A DNA stretch of 64,000 nucleotides, taken from NCBI GenBank assembly GCA_030616605.1, contig JAUWWY010000001.1, forward strand, positions 4,251 through 68,250, in the 5' to 3' direction. Every line of letters begins with the position of its first letter. Position 1 is the stretch's first letter. Source of the stretch: a bacterium. GTDB taxonomy: Bacteria > Patescibacteriota > Minisyncoccia > Minisyncoccales > CG1-02-41-26. The position numbers and the translations under genes were made by a program. A model generated the notes under the pieces. The model did not search any database. It was not told the origin of the DNA and saw only the letters and a list, made by a program, of their open reading frames with translations. Positions 48,073 through 57,101 of this stretch are shown here, in pieces.

Positions 48073-48441
48073 ATGATTCAATCAGGGACAAAATTAAAAG
48101 TAGCAGATAATAGCGGAGCCAAAATGGTTAAGGCTTTTACTATTCTTGGAGGGACAAGAAAGCGTTTTGCTAGAATAGGAGACGTTGTAGTTGGTTCTGT
48201 AAAAGAAGCTGAACCAAGAAAAGATGTAAAACTGCATGATATAGTTAAAGCAGTGATTGTCAGACAAAAGCAACCATACAGGAGAAAAGACGGTTCTTAT
48301 ATCAAATTTGACGAAAATGCCTGTTGTATTCTGGGTGATCGTAAAACTCCAAAGGGAAATAGAATTTTAGGTCCGATCCCCAGAGAATTAAAAGAAAAGG
48401 GCTTTGAAAAAATAGTGACTTTGGCAAAAAAAGTCGTATGA
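48073..48441 (+). CDS. rplN: 50S ribosomal protein L14
   Basis: VADNSGAK, FDENAC. Confidence 0.96.
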   Translation: MIQSGTKLKVADNSGAKMVKAFTILGGTRKRFARIGDVVVGSVKEAEPRKDVKLHDIVKAVIVRQKQPYRRKDGSYIKFDENACCILGDRKTPKGNRILGPIPRELKEKGFEKIVTLAKKVV

Positions 48442-48743
48442 AGATTAAAAAAGGAGATCAAGTACTAATAGTCAAAGGCAAAGACAAAGGGAAAAAAGGA
48501 AAAGTTCTTAAGGGTTTTCCAAAAGAATTAAAAGTTTTGGTTGAAGGAATAAATATTAAAAAGAGGCATCGAAGACCCAAAAAACAAGGAGAAAAGGGCC
48601 AGGTTGTTGAGATTTTCCTTCCTTTGTTTATTTCTAATCTAAAATTAATTTGTCCCAAATGTGGAAAGCCGAGTAAGGTGGGATATAAAATAAGTGATAA
48701 AAAGAAATACCGGATTTGCAAAAACTGTGGAGAGGAAATTTAA
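48438..48743 (+). CDS. rplX: 50S ribosomal protein L24
   Basis: IKKGDQV...GKDKGK. Confidence 0.95.
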   Translation: MKIKKGDQVLIVKGKDKGKKGKVLKGFPKELKVLVEGINIKKRHRRPKKQGEKGQVVEIFLPLFISNLKLICPKCGKPSKVGYKISDKKKYRICKNCGEEI

Positions 48744-48754
48744 AAATTAATAAC

Positions 48755-49312
48755 ATGCTTCATTTAAAAGACAAATACAAAAAAGAAATTATTCCTGAAA
48801 TGATGAAGAAATTTGGTTACAAAAATCCAATGGCTGTACCCAAAATAGAAAAAGTAGTGGTAAATTGCGGTTTTGGAAGGATGGTTGACGGGAAAACTTC
48901 TTCAGAAAGAAAGAAAATTATTGAAAATATTTCTAAAACATTATCTTTAATTATTGGTCAAAAACCCGGTTTAACTAAAGCCAAAAAATCAATTTCTTCT
49001 TTTCAATTAAGAAAAGGAATGCCTATTGGTGCCCGGATTACTTTGAGAAAAAATAGAATGAATGATTTCTTGGAAAAATTAATTTGGGTTGTATTGCCCA
49101 GAACGCGAGACTTTAAAGGAGTTTCCTTAAAGTCAATTGATAAAGAAGGAAATTTAACCATTAGTTTTAAAGAATACAGTTCCTTTCCAGAAGTACTGCC
49201 AGAAAAAGAAAAAGGAATATTTGGCTTAGAAGTAACAATAGTAACTACAGCAGATAATCAAGAACAAAGTTTAGAGTTATTGAAATTAATTGGTTTCCCT
49301 TTTAAAAAATAA
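48755..49312 (+). CDS. rplE: 50S ribosomal protein L5
   Basis: [21 protein letters not shown] 48755. Confidence 0.95.
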   Translation: MLHLKDKYKKEIIPEMMKKFGYKNPMAVPKIEKVVVNCGFGRMVDGKTSSERKKIIENISKTLSLIIGQKPGLTKAKKSISSFQLRKGMPIGARITLRKNRMNDFLEKLIWVVLPRTRDFKGVSLKSIDKEGNLTISFKEYSSFPEVLPEKEKGIFGLEVTIVTTADNQEQSLELLKLIGFPFKK

Positions 49313-49316
49313 AATT

Positions 49317-49502
49317 ATGGCAAAAAAGTCCCAAGTTGTAAAATCCCAAAAAAAGCCCAAATTCAAAACTCGACTTGTTCGAAGGTGCTTTAGATGTGGT
49401 AGAAGCAGGGGATATATGAGAAAATTTGGATTATGTAGAATCTGTTTTAGAGAATCAGCAAATCGGGGAGAGATTCCCGGAGTAAAGAAATCATCGTGGT
49501 AA
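49317..49502 (+). CDS. rpsN: 30S ribosomal protein S14 (Zn-binding type)
   Basis: RCFRCGR...LCRICFR. Confidence 0.95.
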   Translation: MAKKSQVVKSQKKPKFKTRLVRRCFRCGRSRGYMRKFGLCRICFRESANRGEIPGVKKSSW

Positions 49503-49506
49503 AATT

Positions 49507-49899
49507 ATGACAGACCCCATATCAGACATGTTAACCAGAATAAGAAATGCTCAAGCTGTTCATCAACAGACAGTAGAGATTCCCTTTTCAAATTTAAAGC
49601 TTAAAATAGCTCAGATTTTGGTAAAAGAAAATTTTATTAAGGAACTTAAAAAGGTAAAAAGAGAAAATCAAAAAGTAATAAGAATTTATCTGAAGTATAC
49701 CCCTGATAAGCTCCCGGCTATTTCCGGCTTGAAACGTATTTCCAAATCAGGACAAAGGATTTATAAAAAAGCAAAAGAAATAAAAAGAGTTAGAAGTGGT
49801 TATGGAATTGCAGTAATTTCAACCTCCAAAGGAATTATGACTAATAAAGAAGCAAGAAAGAAAAAGTTGGGGGGTGAGATAATCTGTGAGGTATGGTAA
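49507..49899 (+). CDS. rpsH: 30S ribosomal protein S8
   Basis: DPISDMLTRIRNA. Confidence 0.97.
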   Translation: MTDPISDMLTRIRNAQAVHQQTVEIPFSNLKLKIAQILVKENFIKELKKVKRENQKVIRIYLKYTPDKLPAISGLKRISKSGQRIYKKAKEIKRVRSGYGIAVISTSKGIMTNKEARKKKLGGEIICEVW

Positions 49900-49905
49900 A
49901 AAATT

Positions 49906-50454
49906 ATGTCAAGAATAGGCAAAAAACCAATAATAATTCCTGAAAAAGTAGAAGTTGAGAAAAAAGATAATGAGGTAACAATAAAGGGTCCCAAAGGAGA
50001 GATTTCTCAAGTCTTTCCCCGAGAGATTTCTTTTAAAAAAGAAGATAATAAAATTTTAGTTTTTCCAAAAAAGAAAACAAGAAAGAGTGCTGCTCTTTGG
50101 GGATTAATGAGAGCCCTTTTGCAAAATAACATAACAGGAGTGACTGAAGGGTTTGAAAAAAAACTTGAATTAAAAGGAATAGGTTATCGGGTTTCCCTTG
50201 AAAAAGAAAAGCTTTTGAAATTGGAAGTTGGTTTTTCTCATTCAGTAGAAGTAGAAATTCCTTTTCAATTAGATGTTTCAGTTGAGAAAAACATAATTAC
50301 TATCTCTGGAATTGATAAACAAAAGGTTGGAGAGTTTGCTGCAAAAATTAGGAAAATCCGACCACCTGAACCCTATAAAGGTAAAGGAATCAGATATTTT
50401 GGAGAAAAGGTAAGAAGAAAAGAAGGCAAAAAAGCCGTAACAACCACAACCTAA
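49906..50454 (+). CDS. rplF: 50S ribosomal protein L6
   Basis: [15 protein letters not shown]. Confidence 0.97.
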   Translation: MSRIGKKPIIIPEKVEVEKKDNEVTIKGPKGEISQVFPREISFKKEDNKILVFPKKKTRKSAALWGLMRALLQNNITGVTEGFEKKLELKGIGYRVSLEKEKLLKLEVGFSHSVEVEIPFQLDVSVEKNIITISGIDKQKVGEFAAKIRKIRPPEPYKGKGIRYFGEKVRRKEGKKAVTTTT

Positions 50455-50458
50455 AATT

Positions 50459-50848
50459 ATGTTAGAAAAAGAAAAAAAAAGAAAAAGACGACACAAAAAG
50501 GTGAGAGCTAAGATTAAAGGAACAAGTAAGGTGCCTCGGCTTTGCGTATTTAGGTCCAGTAAACACATTTATGCCCAGTTGATTGATGATGAAAAAGGAA
50601 AGATAATACTTTCAGCAAAAGATACTGAAATAAAATCAAAAAAACAAATTAAAAGCAAAAAACAAGAAAAAGATAAAATTATTAGAACAGGAAAGGTAGC
50701 AAAAGCTTTTGAACTCGGAAAATTGATTGCCAGTAAAGCTCTTGTAAAAAAAGTTAAAAAAGTCGTTTTCGACAGAAGAGGTCATAAATACCATGGCAGA
50801 GTCAAGGCATTAGCAGAGGGAGCAAGAGAAGAAGGACTAAAATTTTAA
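50459..50848 (+). CDS. rplR: 50S ribosomal protein L18
   Basis: [21 protein letters not shown]. Confidence 0.96.
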   Translation: MLEKEKKRKRRHKKVRAKIKGTSKVPRLCVFRSSKHIYAQLIDDEKGKIILSAKDTEIKSKKQIKSKKQEKDKIIRTGKVAKAFELGKLIASKALVKKVKKVVFDRRGHKYHGRVKALAEGAREEGLKF

Positions 50849-50849
50849 T

Positions 50850-51347
50850 ATGATAAAACCAATAGAACAAGCTAAACCAAAAAAGGAATTTGAATCTAAG
50901 TTTTTAGATTTAGCTCGGGTGACGAGGATAACGGCTGGGGGAAAACAGTTGAGGTTTCGAGCAGTTGTTGTCATTGGCAATAAAGCTGGAAAAGTTGGTG
51001 TCGGAGTTTCTAAGGGAAAAGATGTAGCTCAGGCAATAGAAAAAGCTACCAGAGTAGCCAAGAAAAATTTAATAGAAATTCCCTTTATTAAAGAGACTAT
51101 TCCTCATGAAGTCAAAGCAAAATTTGGACCGGCTCGAGTTTTGTTAAGACCTCAAATGAAGGGAAGAGGTTTGGTAGCTGGAGGAGTTGTCAGGGTGATT
51201 TGTGATTTAGCAGGAATAAAAAATATTTCCTCTAAGCTTTTGTCTAGGTCAAGAAATAAGCTTAATATAGCCCGAGCAACAATAAAAGCCCTTAAAGAAT
51301 TAAAAGTTGAAAAAAAAGAACATGCAAGTTCATCAAATAAAACCTAA
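50850..51347 (+). CDS. rpsE: 30S ribosomal protein S5
   Basis: RVTRITAGGK, AGGVVR. Confidence 0.94.
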   Translation: MIKPIEQAKPKKEFESKFLDLARVTRITAGGKQLRFRAVVVIGNKAGKVGVGVSKGKDVAQAIEKATRVAKKNLIEIPFIKETIPHEVKAKFGPARVLLRPQMKGRGLVAGGVVRVICDLAGIKNISSKLLSRSRNKLNIARATIKALKELKVEKKEHASSSNKT

Positions 51348-51762
51348 ACATAAGAGAAAATCAAAAAAGAGGATTGGTCGAGGAGGAAAGAGGGGAACTT
51401 ACTCTGGAAAAGGAATTAAGGGACAGAAGTCAAGGGCAGGCAAAAAAATGGAACCGATAATTCGAGGGTTAATAAAAAAATATCCCAAACTGAAAGGTAT
51501 TACTCCTGCAATTCAAAAAAGCAGAAAAAAAATTGAGACAGTAATTAATCTTTCTCTTCTTGAGAAAAAATTTGAATCAGGAGAAAAAATTACTCCCCAG
51601 ATTTTGCTTAAAAAGAAAATAATGCGTAAAATAAAAGGTAGGGTACCAGGGGTTAAAATTTTAGCTGAAGGAGAACTGACTAAAAAACTGATTATTGAGG
51701 ATTGTCAGGTGTCTAAAGGTGCAAGGGATAAAATTGAGAAGGCAGGCGGCACAATTAAATAA
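51322..51762 (+). CDS. rplO: 50S ribosomal protein L15
   Basis: RIGRGG...GQKSRAG, IEKAGG; ATG 51322. Confidence 0.93.
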   Translation: MQVHQIKPKHKRKSKKRIGRGGKRGTYSGKGIKGQKSRAGKKMEPIIRGLIKKYPKLKGITPAIQKSRKKIETVINLSLLEKKFESGEKITPQILLKKKIMRKIKGRVPGVKILAEGELTKKLIIEDCQVSKGARDKIEKAGGTIK

Positions 51763-51771
51763 AATTATTTT

Positions 51772-53055
51772 ATGAACTGGTTTAATAAACTTATCTTAAT
51801 CTTTAAAGACCGACAGTTGAGGAATAAGATTCTTTTTGTTCTTATTATTTTTGCTATTTTCCGATTAGCAGCCAATATTCCAATTCCTGGAGTTGATATA
51901 GAAAACCTAAAAAGATTTTTTTCTGAAAATCAATTTTTCGGTCTGGTAAATCTTTTTGTCGGAGGAGCTTTAAGTAATTTTTCCATTGTTATGTTAGGTT
52001 TGGGTCCCTATATTACGTCTGTTATTGTTTTGCAGCTTTTGACAATGGTTTTCCCTAAATTTGAGAAGATGTATAAGGAAGGGGGAGAAGAGGGCAAAAG
52101 AAAGTTTAATCAATATGGAAGAATGTTAACTGTTCCCTTAGCCGCTCTTCAAGCTTTTGCAATGTTGACGTTATTACAGCGTCAGGGAGCTATTTCTCTT
52201 CTTACTAGTAGTCAACTTCTTACCTCTATTATTACTATTACCGCTGGTGCTTTATTTTTAATGTGGTTGGGGGAATTAATTTCAGAAAAAGGAATTGGCA
52301 ATGGAGTTTCTCTTATGATATTTGCTGGAATTGTTGCTCATACTCCTACTGAACTCAGTCAACTTTTTTTAACTTGGGACCCTTCACGTTTACCTTCTTA
52401 TATTTTCTTTTTCGCCATAGCTTTATTCATAATCTTCGGTATTGTTTTTATTACAGAGGCAAGAAGAAATATTCCAGTTTCCTATGCTAAGAGAGTTAGG
52501 GGTAAAAGAGTTTATGGTGGAGTTTCAACCTATCTTCCAATTAATGTAAATCCAGCCGGTGTAATTCCAATTATTTTTGCTTTAGCTTTATTGCTTTTTC
52601 CAGGGATGGTGGCAAATTTCTTTGCAGGTAGCGGAAATGCTTTCGTGGCAAATTTTGCTCAAACTGTCAGCCAGTTTTTCCAGAATCCCTGGATTTATGG
52701 TTTTTTGTTTTTCATTTTAGTTTTTCTTTTCACTTATTTTTATACGGCTGTCACTTTTGACCCCAAGGCAATTTCCACTAATCTTCAGAAAATGGGCGGT
52801 TTTGTGCCTGGTCTTCGACCCGGTGATTCAACTGCTAAATTTTTACACAAAATTTTATATAGAATTCTTTTTATCGGGGCGACGTTTTTGGGAACGGTAG
52901 CAATTTTACCCTCTATTGTTCAGGGAATAACCCAGGTTACGGCTTTTCGCTTTCTAATTGGTGGAACCGCCCTTTTAATTGTGGTAAGCGTTATTTTGGA
53001 TATTTGGCGTCAGATAAGAGCCCAAATGGAAATGAGAGAATACGAAAACTTATAA
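51772..53055 (+). CDS. secY: Preprotein translocase SecY
   Basis: LGLGPYIT, GIGNGVS, AGVIPIIFA. Confidence 0.98.
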   Translation: MNWFNKLILIFKDRQLRNKILFVLIIFAIFRLAANIPIPGVDIENLKRFFSENQFFGLVNLFVGGALSNFSIVMLGLGPYITSVIVLQLLTMVFPKFEKMYKEGGEEGKRKFNQYGRMLTVPLAALQAFAMLTLLQRQGAISLLTSSQLLTSIITITAGALFLMWLGELISEKGIGNGVSLMIFAGIVAHTPTELSQLFLTWDPSRLPSYIFFFAIALFIIFGIVFITEARRNIPVSYAKRVRGKRVYGGVSTYLPINVNPAGVIPIIFALALLLFPGMVANFFAGSGNAFVANFAQTVSQFFQNPWIYGFLFFILVFLFTYFYTAVTFDPKAISTNLQKMGGFVPGLRPGDSTAKFLHKILYRILFIGATFLGTVAILPSIVQGITQVTAFRFLIGGTALLIVVSVILDIWRQIRAQMEMREYENL

Positions 53056-53135
53056 TATTAAAATAACTACCTTAAGTACTGTTAATTTGCGAACAAAGTG
53101 AGCAAATTAACGGGTGGTGGGTGGGGCTGTGGAAT

Positions 53136-53828
53136 ATGAAAAAGAAATTAGTTATTATTTTAATGGGTCCTCCTGGAGCAGGCAAAGGAAGCCAAGCCGA
53201 ACTTTTAGCTAAAAAGTTAGGTTTATATTATTTTGACACCAGTAAAATTCTTCAACAAGCTTTTAATAATGCCAAAAAAGGAGAATTTGTTAAGATTAAA
53301 GGAAAAAAATATTTTCTTGAAAAAGAAAAAAAATTTGCATCAAGGGGCATCCTTTGTAGTCCTCCTTTTGTCAGTTATTTATTAAAAGAGAAGATAAGAA
53401 AACTTTACAAAATGGGAGAAAATTTAGTTTTCGCTGGTTCACCAAGAACTTTATATGAGGGCAAAGAAGTCATGCCCTTTTTAGAAAAACTTTATCTTAA
53501 AAAAAATATTAAAATTAATTTAATTGAAGTTCCAGCCCGAGAAACAATTTTCAGAAATTCTCACCGAAGAATTTGTCAGTTAATGCGCCATTCAATTTTA
53601 TATTCAAAAGAAACAAAAAACCTTAAACTCTGTCCTTTAGATGGTTCAAAATTAATTAGAAGAGAAGATGATGATCCGGAAGTAATTAAAATAAGACTAA
53701 AAGAATACAAAGAGAGGACTTTTCCCTTAGTTGAATACTTTAAAAAGAGAAGATTAAAAGTTAAAAAAATTAATGGAAAAGGTTCAGTTGCCGCAGTTTT
53801 TAAAAGAGTTTTAAAAGCTCTTCGCTAA
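53136..53828 (+). CDS. adk: Adenylate kinase (divergent)
   Basis: GPPGAGKGSQA, REDD; secY-adk-map synteny. Confidence 0.85.
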   Translation: MKKKLVIILMGPPGAGKGSQAELLAKKLGLYYFDTSKILQQAFNNAKKGEFVKIKGKKYFLEKEKKFASRGILCSPPFVSYLLKEKIRKLYKMGENLVFAGSPRTLYEGKEVMPFLEKLYLKKNIKINLIEVPARETIFRNSHRRICQLMRHSILYSKETKNLKLCPLDGSKLIRREDDDPEVIKIRLKEYKERTFPLVEYFKKRRLKVKKINGKGSVAAVFKRVLKALR

Positions 53829-53843
53829 ATTTGGGGCAATCCT

Positions 53844-54587
53844 ATGATAGAAATTAAATCAAAGAAGGAAATTGAAATAATGAAAGAAGGTGGAAAGATA
53901 TTAGCCGGGATTATGGAAGATTTAAAGAAAAGAGTTAAGCCGGGAATTACCACCAAAGAATTAGACAGGGTCGCTGAGACCCTTGTTTTAAAATTTGGAG
54001 TTAAACCTGTTTTCAAGGGTTACGAAGATTTTCCGGCTGCTTTGTGTACTTCAATAAATCAAGTAGTTGTTCATGCTGTTCCTTCTGACTACAAATTAAA
54101 AAAAGGGGATATTTTGTCTTTGGATTTAGGAATTAAATACAAGGATTTTTTTTCTGATATGGCTATAACAGTTCCAGTAGGAGAAATTAACCCCGAAGTT
54201 TTAAGATTAATTAAAACAACCAAAAAAGCTTTAAAATTAGGAATTAAAAAATCAAGAATAGGAAACACTTTTGGTGACATCGGAAACACTATTCAAAGAT
54301 ATGTTGAGTACCAGGGTTTTAATGTTGTCCGGGAACTTTGCGGTCATGGAATTGGCAGAGAACTTCATCAAGACCCCAAAATCCCCAATTATGGAAAAAG
54401 AAGGAAAGGGCCTGAAATTGCCGAAGGTATGGTTTTCTGTCTCGAACCAATGGTTACAATGGGAGACTATAATTTGAAAAAATCAGTTGATGGTTTTGGC
54501 TACGAAACAAAAGACGGTTCCTTAAGTGCTCATTTTGAGCAGACAGTAGCCGTAACCAAAACCGGTCCCTTAGTATTAACTAAATAA
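53844..54587 (+). CDS. map: Methionine aminopeptidase type I
   Basis: GHGIG, LEPM, SAHFEQT. Confidence 0.96.
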   Translation: MIEIKSKKEIEIMKEGGKILAGIMEDLKKRVKPGITTKELDRVAETLVLKFGVKPVFKGYEDFPAALCTSINQVVVHAVPSDYKLKKGDILSLDLGIKYKDFFSDMAITVPVGEINPEVLRLIKTTKKALKLGIKKSRIGNTFGDIGNTIQRYVEYQGFNVVRELCGHGIGRELHQDPKIPNYGKRRKGPEIAEGMVFCLEPMVTMGDYNLKKSVDGFGYETKDGSLSAHFEQTVAVTKTGPLVLTK

Positions 54588-54630
54588 AATTTATTTGTTA
54601 TCTTGAGAAATCTGCTACAATAAACTTAAT

Positions 54631-55668
54631 ATGTCTAAACCAGATATACCTAAACCAAAATCTCCATCAGAATTACGCCTTGACTTAGTCAGTAAAGATT
54701 GGGTTGTTATTGCAACAGGTAGAGCTAAGAAACCTGAAACTTTTAAGAAAGAAAAAAGAGAAGTAATGGAAGAGCCAAAAGCGAGCTGTCCTTTTTGTCA
54801 TATCGATACTCAAGAAAAACCTACTTTAATTTTTTTTAATGGCAAAAGAATAAAAAATTCTAAAACAATTCCAAAAGATTGGACTTTAATTGTTGTTCCC
54901 AATAAATATCCAGCCATTTTACCCGGGGAAAGTTTAAGAGAAAGAGCCGAGGGTCCTTATCAAATCATGGACGGAATAGGTTTTCACGAAGTAGTTGTTA
55001 CCAAAGACCATGTTAAAGATATGTCCCAGTTTTCACCAAAAGAAATTAAAGAGGTAATTGATGCTTATCAAGAAAGATATTTGGAGCTGATGAACGAGAA
55101 ATTTGTCAATTATATTTCTATTTTTCACAATCAGGGTTATGAGGCTGGAGCTTCTATTACTCATCCTCATTCTCAAATAATGGCTATTTCGGTTACTGAC
55201 CCTGATATTCAAAACAGTTTGATTAGCTCTCGTCGTTACTGGGATATTCACCAAAAATGCATTTACTGTAAAATGCTGAAATGGGATAAAGAAGACGGCA
55301 GAAGAATTGTTTTTGAAAATGATGAGTTTATCGCTCTCTGTCCTTTTGCTTCAAGAATGGCTTTTACAGTAAGAATTTATCCCAAGACTCATTTGAGTTA
55401 TTTTGAAAGAACAAATGAAGAACAAAAGTTAGCTCTTTCTGAAGTTTTCCAAGCTGTTTTGTTAAAACTTAGAAAAGGTTTAGGAAATCCGGCTTATAAT
55501 TTCTTTTTAAGAACTTCGCCTTGCGATGGAAAAGATTATTCTCATTTTCATTGGCATTTTGAAATTTTACCAAGAACTTCTATCCAGGCCGGTTTTGAAT
55601 TTGGGGCTGGTATAGAAATTTCAACCATTGAGCCGGAAAAAGCGGCTGAATATTTAAGAACCCAATAA
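54631..55668 (+). CDS. galT: Galactose-1-phosphate uridylyltransferase family protein
   Basis: CPFC, NKYP, GASITHPHSQ. Confidence 0.85.
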   Translation: MSKPDIPKPKSPSELRLDLVSKDWVVIATGRAKKPETFKKEKREVMEEPKASCPFCHIDTQEKPTLIFFNGKRIKNSKTIPKDWTLIVVPNKYPAILPGESLRERAEGPYQIMDGIGFHEVVVTKDHVKDMSQFSPKEIKEVIDAYQERYLELMNEKFVNYISIFHNQGYEAGASITHPHSQIMAISVTDPDIQNSLISSRRYWDIHQKCIYCKMLKWDKEDGRRIVFENDEFIALCPFASRMAFTVRIYPKTHLSYFERTNEEQKLALSEVFQAVLLKLRKGLGNPAYNFFLRTSPCDGKDYSHFHWHFEILPRTSIQAGFEFGAGIEISTIEPEKAAEYLRTQ

Positions 55669-55669
55669 T

Positions 55670-56440
55670 ATGAAACTTATAGTTGCCAATTGGAAAATGA
55701 ACCCAAACAGCCAGAAGGAAGCAATACAGCTTTTTAATTCCTTAAAAAAGAGTTTAAAAAACCTTAAAAAAGCTAAAATTGTTATTTGTCCTCCTTTTGT
55801 TTTTCTTCCTTTATTATTAAAAGCTTCCGCCTTTGCCCTTCGAAAGAGCGGACTCGCCTTTGGCTCACAAAACTGTTTTTGGCAGGAAAAAGGAGCTTTC
55901 ACTGGTGAGATTTCCCCTAAAATGCTTAGAGATTTGGGAGTTGAGTATGTTATTCTCGGACATTCAGAAAGAAGAAAAATATTTGCTGAGACAGATAAAA
56001 TAATAGCTGAAAAATTAAAGCTGAGCTTGGAAACAAATCTCTTTCCGATAGTTTGTGTCGGAGAAACTAAAGAGGAGAAAAAAAGAGGGAAAACCTTTCA
56101 AGTTTTAGAAAAAGAAATAAAAATAGCATTAAAAAAAGTTCCTAAATCAAAAATTAGAAAAGTAATTATCGCTTATGAGCCAATTTGGGCAATTGGTACA
56201 AAAAATTCCTGTTCTCCAGATGAAGTCTTAACTGCTATTTTGTTTATCCGAAAGCTTATTTCAAAACTTTTAGACAAAAAAACAGCTCAAAATATGCGAA
56301 TTCTTTACGGAGGGAGTGTTATTTCTCAAAATGCTGAAGAATATCTTGGAGAAAAAAATATAAACGGATTATTAATTGGTGGAGCTTCTTTAGATGTCAA
56401 AGAATTTCTAAAAATAGTAAAAATTGCCCAAAGTTTTTGA
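55670..56440 (+). CDS. tpiA: Triosephosphate isomerase
   Basis: ANWKMN, GHSERR, AYEPIWAIGT, YGGSV. Confidence 0.97.
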   Translation: MKLIVANWKMNPNSQKEAIQLFNSLKKSLKNLKKAKIVICPPFVFLPLLLKASAFALRKSGLAFGSQNCFWQEKGAFTGEISPKMLRDLGVEYVILGHSERRKIFAETDKIIAEKLKLSLETNLFPIVCVGETKEEKKRGKTFQVLEKEIKIALKKVPKSKIRKVIIAYEPIWAIGTKNSCSPDEVLTAILFIRKLISKLLDKKTAQNMRILYGGSVISQNAEEYLGEKNINGLLIGGASLDVKEFLKIVKIAQSF

Positions 56441-56473
56441 CTTTTTTAGCGTTTTAATGTAAGGTTAGAGGGT

Positions 56474-56992
56474 ATGATGAATTACCAAAAACTTAATTTT
56501 TATAATCCTAATTTAGGAAAACTCAATTTTAATAAAGTAGTTGAAGAGGTTTTTAATTATATAAATAAGAGACCGGAAAAAATTTATGAAATTGTTGCTG
56601 GTTGTGACTCTTCATCTGATGAGAGACCGGCTTTTCCAATAGCCTTGGTTGTTTTAAGAAAAGGTAAGGGAGGAAGATTCTTTTTAACAAAAGTTAAGTA
56701 CCCCTTGTCTCAAAAAAAGAAATTCTTTAATTTTCATCAAAGAGTTTTAGAAGAAGTTCTTTTATCTTGTGAATTTGCTTTGGCTTTCCGAGAAGCTCTT
56801 CAGCAAAGGGTTGAAAATTCTAAAATTCGTTTAAATTACCAATTCCAGTATATTCACGCTGATGTTGGTATAGGAGGACCAACAAAAGATATGATAAAAG
56901 AGGTGGTTGGTTTGATAAAAAGTAATGGTTTTGAAGCAAAGATAAAACCAGAATCCTTTGCCGCCTCAGTTGTAGCCGACCGTTTCACCTAA
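56474..56992 (+). CDS. RNase H-like YkuK/DUF458 family protein
   Basis: GCDSS, IHADVG, KPESFAASVVADR. Confidence 0.85.
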   Translation: MMNYQKLNFYNPNLGKLNFNKVVEEVFNYINKRPEKIYEIVAGCDSSSDERPAFPIALVVLRKGKGGRFFLTKVKYPLSQKKKFFNFHQRVLEEVLLSCEFALAFREALQQRVENSKIRLNYQFQYIHADVGIGGPTKDMIKEVVGLIKSNGFEAKIKPESFAASVVADRFT

Positions 56993-57101
56993 AAAGGCCA
57001 ATCTTACGAGATTCAAGTGTAATGTCCCGTGGTTTCAATGTCCCGTTGCCTGTCGCGGCGGGCTTTTAAGATAGAAAAATTTATGATAAAATTATTTAAT
57101 T

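Noticed and set aside
38326..50568. Antisense ORFs over ribosomal protein genes (e.g. 43994..44644)
   Set aside because: Phe/Leu-rich mirror of Lys-rich sense codons; no independent coding evidence
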